From Patescibacteria group bacterium (GTDB taxonomy: Bacteria; Patescibacteriota; Patescibacteriia; Patescibacteriales; UBA12465), in assembly GCA_050949525.1 (NCBI GenBank), contig JBMNFW010000001.1, positions 65,078 to 129,077 on the forward strand: a stretch of DNA of 64,000 nucleotides, in the 5' to 3' direction. Position 1 is the first letter of the stretch. Each line of letters begins with the position of its first letter. The notes under the pieces were generated by a model. It searched no databases. It was not told where the DNA came from and was given only the letters and a program-made list of their open reading frames with translations. Below are positions 49,565 to 58,598 of the stretch, one piece after another. A program made the translations under genes and the position numbers.

Positions 49565-49592
49565 TTGGGGATAAAATCTGTAAAACTATAGT

Positions 49593-49621
49593 TTGACAAG
49601 CTTTCTTTATTATTATATTAT
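49593..49621 (+). promoter_or_regulatory. sigma70 promoter of rpoBC
   Basis: TTGACA-17-TATTAT. Confidence 0.7.
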
Positions 49622-49763
49622 CTAATACATAAAAACTTAACTTTAATATAAAAGTGAATATTTATATTAAATAAACTTTTAACAGCTAAAAATCCGAACC
49701 AGCTATGGTTTTGGCATTTTTTTGTTGGGTCTTCTTTTTTATTAATAAAACTTAAATAAACTT

Positions 49764-52700
49764 ATGTCTAGCGCCTCTAAAAATTATTTTATCAATGATC
49801 AGCGTAAATATTTTACTGACTTTAAATCAGTTATGCCTGTTCCAGATTTAATAGAATTGCAGAAAAATTCTTATCAGTGGTTTTTAGATGAAGGGTTAGC
49901 TGAGTTGTTTGATGAAATCTCTCCTATTACTGATTTTAATGATCGTGAGCTGGAATTATATTTTAAAGAGTATTATTTTGATAAACCTAAGTTTAATGAA
50001 ATTGAAAGTCAAGAAAAGAATATTACCTATGAAGCTCCTTTGAGAATAAAGGTGGTTTTGAAGAATAAAAAAACATCTAAGAGTATAACCCAAGAGGTTT
50101 ATTTAGGAGATTTTCCTTTAATGACTAAAAATGGAACTTTCATTATTAATGGAATTGAGCGAGTGGTTGTTTCTCAATTAGTTAGAAGTGCGGGAGTAAT
50201 GTTTAGTTCAGAATATATTAGGGGTAAGAAGTATTATGGAGCTAAGATTATTCCTAATCGAGGAGCTTGGTTAGAATTAGAAACTGATGCTAATAAGGTT
50301 ATTTGGGTTAAAATTGATCGAAAAAGAAAGGTTGCAGTAACCTCTTTATTACGAGCTTTTGGTTATGAGAGTGATGAAGAATTATTAGAACTTTTTAAAG
50401 ATGTTGATTTAATTACCGGTGATGATGAACCTAGTTTTATTGAAGCCACTATTAAGAAGGATTTGGCTAAAAATCAAGTTGAGGGATTACAGGAGGTTTA
50501 TCGTCGTATTAGACCTGGAGATATGGCCGATGACAAGAACGTAAAACAGATGATTGAAAATATGTTTTTTCGTTTTGATCGTTATGATTTTGGTCGAGTT
50601 GGTCGTTATAAACTAAATCGTCGTTTTGGTGAAAACTTAGCGATTAATAAAGAGAATCGAGTTTTAAGAAAAGAAGATTTACTAAATATTGTTCGTGAAG
50701 TTATTCGACTTAATATTACCAAAGAACCAGAAGACGATATTGATCATTTAGGTAATCGTCGAATTCGAGCTATTGGAGGTTTAGTCCAGAATCGTCTCAG
50801 AGTTGGTTTAGCTCGAATGGAGCGAATTATTAAAGATAAAATGAGTATTATTGATGTTGATACTATTGCGCCTAATAAATTAGTGAATGCTCGTCCTGTT
50901 ATTGCTGTTATTAGAGAGTTTTTTATGTCTTCGCAATTATCTCAATTCATGGATCAGACTAATCCTTTAGCTGAGTTAGAGCATAAGAGAAGATTATCAG
51001 CTATGGGACCAGGAGGTTTAACTCGGGAGAGAGCTGGTTTTGATGTTCGAGATGTGCACACTACTCATTATGGTCGAATTTGTCCTATTGCTACTCCTGA
51101 GGGACCTAATATTGGTTTAGTTGGACACTTAGCTAGTTATGCTAAATTAAATTCTTATGGATTCTTAGAGGTACCTTATCGTAAGGTTATTAAAGGAAAA
51201 GGAAAACCTCGAGTTAGTGATGAAATTGTCTATATCGATGCTTTTGAAGAAGAAAAATATGTTATTGCTGACGCTACTATTCCTTTGAATGCCAAGGGGG
51301 AGTTTTTAATTGATAAATATCCAGCTCGACAAGGTGGAAATCCAGAAACAGTTTTAACTGATGATATTGATTTTATTGGTGTATCCCCTAATCAAATAGT
51401 TTCTATTGCTACTTCTTTAATTCCTTTTATGGAACATAATGATGGACAGAGATCTTTGATGGGAACTAATATGCAACGCCAAGCTTTACCGTTAGTTAAA
51501 AGCGAAGCTCCAATAGTTGGAACTGGTATTGAAGCTATTGCAGCTCGGGATTCAGGTCATATTATTATTGCTGAAGAGGATGGTGAGATTATTAAGGCTG
51601 ATTCTTCTGAAATTCATGTCGCTTACAAAAAAGGAAAAATTAAAAAATATAATTTAAATAAATTTTTACGCTCTAACTTTTTAACTTGTATTAATCAGAG
51701 CCCCATTGTTTTACCGGGAGATAAAGTTAAAAAGGGACAAGTATTAACTGATGGTCCAGCCATTTCTAATGGAGAACTGGCTTTAGGAAAAAACGTTTTA
51801 GTCGCCTATATGACCTGGGAGGGTTATAATTATGAGGATGCGATTATTATCTCAGAGCGTTTAGTTAAAGAAGATGTTTATTCTTCTATTCAAATTGAAA
51901 ATTATACTATTGATGTTCGTGATACTAAATTAGGGGCTGAAGTTATTACTAATGATATTCCTAATATTTCAGAAGAAAAACTTAAGAATTTGGATGAAGA
52001 TGGTATTATTAGAATTGGAGCGGAAGTTTCTAGTGGTGATATTTTAGTAGGGAAAATTACTCCTAAAGGAGAAACTAAGTTGAGTGCTGAAGAGAGATTG
52101 CTTCGAGCTATATTCGGTGATAAAGCCAAAGATGTTCGAGATTCATCTCTTTATTTAGAGCATGGAGAGCACGGGAAAGTAATTGATGTTAAGGTTTTTT
52201 CTCGAAAAGAAGGGGATAAATTAGATGCCGGAGTTTTAAAATCGGTTCAAGTGTCAGTGGCTAATTTAAGAAAAATTCAAGCTGGAGATAAGATGTCCGG
52301 TCGACATGGTAATAAAGGAGTTATTTCTAAGGTGGTGCCAGTTGAGGATATGCCTTATATGGAAGATGGAACTCCAATTGATATTATATTATCTCCATTA
52401 GGAATTCTTTCTCGTATGAACTTGGGTCAACTTTTAGAAACTCATATGGGCTTAGCTGCTAAAAAATTAGGTTATAAAGTAGCTACTCCGGCATTAAATG
52501 GAATTACTGAAGAGCAAATTAGAGAAGAGTTAAAAAAAGCTGGATATCCAGAAGATGGTAAGGTAGTTTTATATGATGGAAAAACTGGTGAGCAATATGA
52601 TAATCCGGTTACTGTGGGTTATAAATATCTTCTTAAACTAAATCATATGGTAGAAGATAAGATCCACCAGAGATCAATTGGTCCTTACTCTTTAATTACT

Positions 52701-53096
52701 CAACAACCTCTAGGAGGAAAAGCTCAATTTGGTGGACAAAGATTTGGTGAGATGGAGGTGTGGGCTTTAGAAGGGTATGGAGCTGCTCATACTTTACAAG
52801 AAATTTTAACTATTAAATCTGATGATGTTCCAGGAAGAAGTAAGGCCTACGAGTCTATTATTAAAGAGGAAGAAATTCAAAAACAAAATGTTCCCGAGTC
52901 ATTCAATGTTTTAATTCGAGAGTTAAAAGGCTTAGGTCTTAATATTGAACTCTTAGGTGGAACACCAGAGTTAGAAGAAGATGAAGAGTTAGAGGAAGAA
53001 GGTTTAAGTCCTGAAATGATTAATAAAGCTGATCAAGCTGTGTTTGAAGAAGGAAGCTTAGAAACTAAAACTGAGGTAGACGAGGAAAAAGAATAA
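49764..53096 (+). CDS. rpoB: RNA polymerase beta subunit
   Basis: SQLSQFMDQTNPL, GDKMSGRHGNKG, GGQRFGEMEVWALE. Confidence 0.98.
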   Translation: MSSASKNYFINDQRKYFTDFKSVMPVPDLIELQKNSYQWFLDEGLAELFDEISPITDFNDRELELYFKEYYFDKPKFNEIESQEKNITYEAPLRIKVVLKNKKTSKSITQEVYLGDFPLMTKNGTFIINGIERVVVSQLVRSAGVMFSSEYIRGKKYYGAKIIPNRGAWLELETDANKVIWVKIDRKRKVAVTSLLRAFGYESDEELLELFKDVDLITGDDEPSFIEATIKKDLAKNQVEGLQEVYRRIRPGDMADDKNVKQMIENMFFRFDRYDFGRVGRYKLNRRFGENLAINKENRVLRKEDLLNIVREVIRLNITKEPEDDIDHLGNRRIRAIGGLVQNRLRVGLARMERIIKDKMSIIDVDTIAPNKLVNARPVIAVIREFFMSSQLSQFMDQTNPLAELEHKRRLSAMGPGGLTRERAGFDVRDVHTTHYGRICPIATPEGPNIGLVGHLASYAKLNSYGFLEVPYRKVIKGKGKPRVSDEIVYIDAFEEEKYVIADATIPLNAKGEFLIDKYPARQGGNPETVLTDDIDFIGVSPNQIVSIATSLIPFMEHNDGQRSLMGTNMQRQALPLVKSEAPIVGTGIEAIAARDSGHIIIAEEDGEIIKADSSEIHVAYKKGKIKKYNLNKFLRSNFLTCINQSPIVLPGDKVKKGQVLTDGPAISNGELALGKNVLVAYMTWEGYNYEDAIIISERLVKEDVYSSIQIENYTIDVRDTKLGAEVITNDIPNISEEKLKNLDEDGIIRIGAEVSSGDILVGKITPKGETKLSAEERLLRAIFGDKAKDVRDSSLYLEHGEHGKVIDVKVFSRKEGDKLDAGVLKSVQVSVANLRKIQAGDKMSGRHGNKGVISKVVPVEDMPYMEDGTPIDIILSPLGILSRMNLGQLLETHMGLAAKKLGYKVATPALNGITEEQIREELKKAGYPEDGKVVLYDGKTGEQYDNPVTVGYKYLLKLNHMVEDKIHQRSIGPYSLITQQPLGGKAQFGGQRFGEMEVWALEGYGAAHTLQEILTIKSDDVPGRSKAYESIIKEEEIQKQNVPESFNVLIRELKGLGLNIELLGGTPELEEDEELEEEGLSPEMINKADQAVFEEGSLETKTEVDEEKE

Positions 53097-53125
53097 TTTT
53101 ATTATAAAAAAATAATTTAAATAAT

Positions 53126-56100
53126 ATGTTAAACCCTATAAAAACAAGCGATTTTGACGCTATTAGATTGTCTCTAGCTTCTCCTGATGATATTTTATCT
53201 TGGTCAAATGGAGAGGTGGTTCGTCCTGAGACTATTAATTATCGAACTCAAAAACCAGAAAAAGATGGTCTATTTTGTGAAAAGATATTTGGTCCAACCA
53301 AAGATTGGGAATGTGCCTGTGGTAAGTATAAAAAAATAAGATATAAAGGAGTAGTTTGTGATAAGTGTGGCGTTGAAGTAACTAGAAGTGTGGTTCGTCG
53401 AGAGAGAATGGGGCATATTAAATTACAAGTTCCCTGTTCGCATATTTGGTTTTTAAAGGGTTTATCATCTAAGGTTGGTTTGATACTAAATTTGAGTGTT
53501 CAAGCTTTAGAAAAGGTAGTTTATTTCGCTAATTTTATTGTTACCGATGTTGATGAAAAATTAAAAGAGGAGACCTTGGAGATTATTAAAAAAGAATATA
53601 AGAACAAAATTAAAAATATTGAAGCTGAGGCGGAGAGAAAGGTTGAAGCTTTAAAAAAGGATCCTATCAAAGTTTTAGGTTTAGAAGAAACAATTGATAA
53701 AAAAAGTTTAGTAGAACTTAAAAATAAAGGTATTGATGAAATTCTTAAAGATCGGGAAGAGAAGGTAACTAAATTAGATTTAGATTTTGAAACCGTTAAA
53801 AAAGAGTTAAAAGATTTAAAACCTTTATTAATCCTAACTGAACAAGAATATCAAAACTTAAGTTTAAAATTTGGTCATATATTTGAAGCTGGAATTGGAG
53901 CAGCAGCCATTCAAGCTCTTTTAAAGAGAATTAATTTAAGTAAAACTATTAAAAATTTAGAAAGTAAATTAGAAACAGTAGTAGAAAGCAAGAAAGACCG
54001 TTTAATTAAAAGATTAAGATTGTTAAAAGGTTTAGAGAGGAATAAAATTAGACCGGAATGGATGATAATTGATGTTTTACCAGTTATTCCGCCTGATTTA
54101 AGACCGATGGTGGCTTTAGATGGGGGACGTTTTGCTTCTTCAGATTTAAATGATCTTTATCGTCGGGTTATTAATAGAAATAATCGTTTAAGACAATTAA
54201 TTGAGCTCAATGCTCCTGAAGTTATTTGTCGTAATGAAAAAAGAATGTTACAAGAGGCGGTGGATTCTTTAATTGATAATTCGGCTCGTAATAGTAAGAT
54301 GGTTACTGCTTCTACTGGACAAAAGAGACAATTAAAATCTTTAGCTGATTCACTTAAGGGAAAACAAGGTCGGTTTAGGCAGAATCTTCTAGGAAAAAGA
54401 GTTGATTATTCTGGTCGCAGTGTTATTGTGGTTAATCCTAAATTAAATTTAGATCAATGTGGTTTACCTAAGATTATGGCTTTAGAGTTATTTAAACCTT
54501 TTATTATTTCAGAGTTAATTAAAAAAGAGATAGTTCATAATGTTCGAAGCGCTTCTAGATATATTGAAGCTGGTCATGATGAAGTTTTTGATATTTTACA
54601 AAAAGTTATTGATGAAGCTTATGTACTTTTAAACCGAGCTCCAACCCTTCATCGTTTAGGTATTCAAGCTTTTCGACCAGTATTAATTGAGGGAAAAGCT
54701 ATTCAAATTCATCCTTTAGTTTGTTCAGCTTTTAATGCTGATTTTGACGGTGATCAAATGGCTGTTCATGTTCCTTTGACTAAGGAGGCAGTGGCTGAAG
54801 CTCGAGATATTATGTTATCTTCTCATAATTTATTAAAACCTGCTACTGGTGAGCCAATTGTTACTCCGAATCAAGATATTATTTGGGGAGCTTATTACAT
54901 TACTTTGGAAAATAAAAATGATAAGAAGGATGAAGATTTGAAAGTTTTTTCTAGTCAGGAAGAAGCTTTATTGGCTTTTAATCATGGATATTTAGAATTA
55001 CATGATGTTATCAGAGTTAGAATTGGAAAAGAGCTTTTAAAAACCACGGCGGGAAGAATTATTTTTAATCAAATTTTACCCGAGAAATTAAAATATGTTA
55101 ATGAAATTTTAGATAAGAAAAAAATTAAAAACTTAATTAAGGATTGTTTAAGTTTTTATGGAGAAGATAAAACTGTTGAATTTATTGATGATTTGAAAAA
55201 TCTTAGTTTTAAATATATTACCAAGAGTGGATTATCTTTTGGTTTTGGTGATTTACCAGAGATATCAGAAAAGGATCAATTAATTGAGGATGCTAATGAT
55301 TTAGTGAGCCAGATTCAAGATCAGTTTGAAGACGGTCTTTTAACTGATAGTGAGAGATATAGTAAGATTATAGAAACTTGGACGGTGACTAAAGAAAAAA
55401 TTTCTGATCTTTGTAAAGATAGCTTAAAAGTTTCTTTACCAGTTTATTCGATGATTGATTCGGGAGCTCGAGGTTCTTGGGCTCAACCAGTTCAGATTAT
55501 CGGTATGAAAGGTTTAGTAACCTCACCGTCTGGAGAGATTATTGAGCTTCCTATTAAGGGAAATATGAAGAAAGGATTTTCAGTTTTAGAGTATTTTATT
55601 GCTACTCATGCTACTCGAAAAGGTTTATCTGATACTGCTCTTAGAACTGCTAATGCTGGATATTTAACTCGAAGATTGGTTGATGTAGCTCAAGATGTTA
55701 TTGTTACTGAAGAAGATTGTGGTGATAAAGAGGGGTTAATCATTGATCGAGCGGAAGTGGAAAAAGATAATGAGGACTTCTTTAGAAAGATTATTGGTCG
55801 CTATCTTTTAGAGGACTTGAAGGATGAAAAGGGTAAGGTTTATATAAAGGCTGGAGAATTAGTTTCGGAAGAGGATGTTAAAAATTTAGAGGATAAAGAT
55901 ATTCGTTTTGCTACTATTAGATCAGTATTAAATTGTAAACTTCATAAGGGGGTATGTGCTAAATGTTATGGAGTAGATTTAGCTTATAATCAAAAAGTAA
56001 AAGTTGGAACTACGGTTGGAATTATTGCGGCTCAATCTATTGGAGAGCCCGGAACTCAATTAACTATGAGAACCTTTCATACCGGAGGAGTGGCTAGTGC

Positions 56101-57091
56101 GGAGGATATTACTCAAGGTTTACCTCGAGTTGAGGAAATTTTTGAAAATAGAAGTCCTAAGAAAAAGGCTTTAATGTCTGAAGTAGAAGGAAAGGTTAAA
56201 ATTGAAGTTGGACAAAAAATTATTAAAGATAAAGATGGTAAAGATATAGTAGTTAATAATCCACAAGAAAAAATCTTAAAAATTATTTATAAAGGTCCGG
56301 CAGTAGAAAAATATTACTTTAGAGAACTAGCTAATGAGATTAAGTTAAGGGGTGATAAAAAATCTAAGAAAGATTTAGAACCAAAAATTAAAGTTAAAGA
56401 TGGTGATAAAGTATCTAAAGGAACTGAACTTTATTCAATTTTAGATCAATCAGTTAAAGCTAAGCTTTCTGGAACAGTTAAGGTTTTTGATAAATATATT
56501 GAATTAAGTTCGAGTGTTAATAAGACTCAAGAATTTACTATTCCTCGAGGTTTGATGTTATGGGTCAAAGATGGTGATGAAGTTAAACCTGGAGATCGTT
56601 TAACTGAGGGAAGTTTTGATCTTAAGGAATTGTTTCATTTACGGGGTCGATTAGAGACACAGAAATATATTATTAAAGAAATTCAATATGTTTATTCTTC
56701 TCAGGGTCAGCCACTTAATGATAAACATATTGAGATTATTGCTCGTCAAATGTTTTCTCGTTATTTAATTGAAGATTCTGGTTCTACTAATTTGTTTCCT
56801 GGAGAAATAATTGAGGAAGAGGTTTTGATGCAGGCTAATAAAGAGTTCAAGAGTGCAAAAGAAAAAGCTAAAGCTAGTCGATTATTATTAGGAGTTACTA
56901 AAACATCTTTAAGTACCGACAGCTTTTTATCGGCTGCTTCTTTCCAGGAAACTCCTCGAATTTTAATTGATGCGGCTTTAAGTGGAAAAATTGATTATTT
57001 AGAAGGATTAAAAGAAAATGTTATTATTGGTTGTTTAATTCCAGCCGGAACAGCTTATCAGGGAAAAAAGAAGCGAGAGATTTATAAATAA
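53126..57091 (+). CDS. rpoC: RNA polymerase beta' subunit
   Basis: Zn finger CACGKY..CDKC, NADFDGD, GEPGTQLTMRTFH, SAASFQET. Confidence 0.98.
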   Translation: MLNPIKTSDFDAIRLSLASPDDILSWSNGEVVRPETINYRTQKPEKDGLFCEKIFGPTKDWECACGKYKKIRYKGVVCDKCGVEVTRSVVRRERMGHIKLQVPCSHIWFLKGLSSKVGLILNLSVQALEKVVYFANFIVTDVDEKLKEETLEIIKKEYKNKIKNIEAEAERKVEALKKDPIKVLGLEETIDKKSLVELKNKGIDEILKDREEKVTKLDLDFETVKKELKDLKPLLILTEQEYQNLSLKFGHIFEAGIGAAAIQALLKRINLSKTIKNLESKLETVVESKKDRLIKRLRLLKGLERNKIRPEWMIIDVLPVIPPDLRPMVALDGGRFASSDLNDLYRRVINRNNRLRQLIELNAPEVICRNEKRMLQEAVDSLIDNSARNSKMVTASTGQKRQLKSLADSLKGKQGRFRQNLLGKRVDYSGRSVIVVNPKLNLDQCGLPKIMALELFKPFIISELIKKEIVHNVRSASRYIEAGHDEVFDILQKVIDEAYVLLNRAPTLHRLGIQAFRPVLIEGKAIQIHPLVCSAFNADFDGDQMAVHVPLTKEAVAEARDIMLSSHNLLKPATGEPIVTPNQDIIWGAYYITLENKNDKKDEDLKVFSSQEEALLAFNHGYLELHDVIRVRIGKELLKTTAGRIIFNQILPEKLKYVNEILDKKKIKNLIKDCLSFYGEDKTVEFIDDLKNLSFKYITKSGLSFGFGDLPEISEKDQLIEDANDLVSQIQDQFEDGLLTDSERYSKIIETWTVTKEKISDLCKDSLKVSLPVYSMIDSGARGSWAQPVQIIGMKGLVTSPSGEIIELPIKGNMKKGFSVLEYFIATHATRKGLSDTALRTANAGYLTRRLVDVAQDVIVTEEDCGDKEGLIIDRAEVEKDNEDFFRKIIGRYLLEDLKDEKGKVYIKAGELVSEEDVKNLEDKDIRFATIRSVLNCKLHKGVCAKCYGVDLAYNQKVKVGTTVGIIAAQSIGEPGTQLTMRTFHTGGVASAEDITQGLPRVEEIFENRSPKKKALMSEVEGKVKIEVGQKIIKDKDGKDIVVNNPQEKILKIIYKGPAVEKYYFRELANEIKLRGDKKSKKDLEPKIKVKDGDKVSKGTELYSILDQSVKAKLSGTVKVFDKYIELSSSVNKTQEFTIPRGLMLWVKDGDEVKPGDRLTEGSFDLKELFHLRGRLETQKYIIKEIQYVYSSQGQPLNDKHIEIIARQMFSRYLIEDSGSTNLFPGEIIEEEVLMQANKEFKSAKEKAKASRLLLGVTKTSLSTDSFLSAASFQETPRILIDAALSGKIDYLEGLKENVIIGCLIPAGTAYQGKKKREIYK

Positions 57092-57096
57092 ATCAT

Positions 57097-57636
57097 ATGA
57101 AAATTGTAGTTGGATTAGGTAATCCGGGAGATAAATATCAAAAAACTCGGCATAATTTTGGTTTTATGTTTTTGGATTATCTAGTGCCTGAGGTTAATGC
57201 TTGGAAATTTGAGAAAAAATTTAATGCTAATGTTTCAGAATTTCAGGGTTTAACTTTAATTAAACCTCAGACTTTTATGAATAATTCTGGTTTATCTCTA
57301 CGATCATTTTTAGATTATTATCAGCTCCTGCCTAAAAGACTGGGGTTTTTTTTACCATCTCATTTAGATCTAAGTTCTGAATTAATAGTAGTTCATGATG
57401 AGCTTGATCTTGATTTTACTAAATACAAAAGATCAGTTAATACTTCTAGTGCCGGACACAAAGGAGTTGAATCAATTATTAGACATTTAAAAACTAAGAA
57501 TTTTACTCGAATTCGTTTAGGTATTAAAAATGAGCTAAAGTCTAAGATGGCTGGAGAAGATTTTGTGATGCAAAAGTTTTCTAGTCAAGAGCTAGAACAA
57601 CTTCCAGCTATTTTTTCTAAAATAGATTTATTTTAA
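57097..57636 (+). CDS. pth: Peptidyl-tRNA hydrolase
   Basis: GLGNPG..TRHNFG, KPQTFMN, HDELD, GHKG, RIRLGI. Confidence 0.95.
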   Translation: MKIVVGLGNPGDKYQKTRHNFGFMFLDYLVPEVNAWKFEKKFNANVSEFQGLTLIKPQTFMNNSGLSLRSFLDYYQLLPKRLGFFLPSHLDLSSELIVVHDELDLDFTKYKRSVNTSSAGHKGVESIIRHLKTKNFTRIRLGIKNELKSKMAGEDFVMQKFSSQELEQLPAIFSKIDLF

Positions 57637-57668
57637 ATTTAAGAGTTATTAGTTAAGGTGATTTTAGT

Positions 57669-58544
57669 ATGAACGAGAATCAACTTTGGCAGATAGCTTT
57701 TAATTGTTTAGGCGGTTTTGATTTTAATAGTTATCAATTATTAAAAAAGTATTTTTTTAGTTTTAAAAAGGCTTTTCAAGCTAAAAAAAGAGATTTAGAG
57801 TTGGCTGGTCTAAGGCATTCTTTTATTAGTAATTTTTTAGAAAAAAGACGAGGTTTAAGGTTGTCTAATGTGTTAAGGATAATGAAGCGAGAGGGTATTT
57901 CAGTTTGTTTTTATTCCGATGATAATTATCCTGATCTTCTAAAAGAGATATTTAGTCCTCCGCCGTTAATATATTATCGTGGTTCTTTGGATATAGATTG
58001 GTCGAGGTCTTTATCAGTAGTTGGTTCAAGGCGGTTTTCTTCTTATGGGCAGCAGGTAATTAATAATTTTATTCCGATATTAGTGACTGAGGATATTTAT
58101 ATTGTTAGTGGATTGGCTATTGGTATTGATTGTTTGGCTCATAAAAAAACTATCGATAGTGGCGGAATAACTATAGCAGTTTTAGGCTCAGGTTTAGATT
58201 GGAATTCAGTTTATCCACGACAAAATAAGGCTTTATTTCAAGAAATAATAGAGCAGGGAGGTTTAGTGTTATCAGAATTTTGTCCTCAAACGGCTCCGTA
58301 TGCTTCTAATTTTATTCAGCGGAATAGAATTATTGCCGGACTTTCCATTGGTACTTTAGTGATTGAGGCTCAATTAAGATCAGGTTCTTTAGTCACAGCT
58401 CGTTATGCTTTGGACGAGGGGCGCAATGTTTGGGCTTGTCCCGGATCTATTTTTAATGCTAATTCATTAGGTACTAATGAATTAATAAAATCGGGTGCCT
58501 ATTTAACTAATCATCCCAAAGATATTTATCAGGATTTTATTTAG
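57669..58544 (+). CDS. dprA: DNA processing protein DprA
   Basis: VVGSR, SGLAIGID, RNRIIAG, EAQLRSGSLVTA, PGSI. Confidence 0.95.
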   Translation: MNENQLWQIAFNCLGGFDFNSYQLLKKYFFSFKKAFQAKKRDLELAGLRHSFISNFLEKRRGLRLSNVLRIMKREGISVCFYSDDNYPDLLKEIFSPPPLIYYRGSLDIDWSRSLSVVGSRRFSSYGQQVINNFIPILVTEDIYIVSGLAIGIDCLAHKKTIDSGGITIAVLGSGLDWNSVYPRQNKALFQEIIEQGGLVLSEFCPQTAPYASNFIQRNRIIAGLSIGTLVIEAQLRSGSLVTARYALDEGRNVWACPGSIFNANSLGTNELIKSGAYLTNHPKDIYQDFI

Positions 58545-58548
58545 ATAT

Positions 58549-58577
58549 TTGTTTTTTTATCCATTTAATACTATAAT
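58549..58577 (+). promoter_or_regulatory. Candidate topA promoter
   Basis: TTGTTT-17-TATAAT. Confidence 0.5.
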
Positions 58578-58598
58578 TATTTTATTGATAAATTATAT

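Noticed and set aside
50917-51020. Rifampicin-resistance substitutions in RpoB cluster I
   Set aside because: The key Q, D, H, R and S positions (SQFMDQ..EHKRRLS) are wild type.
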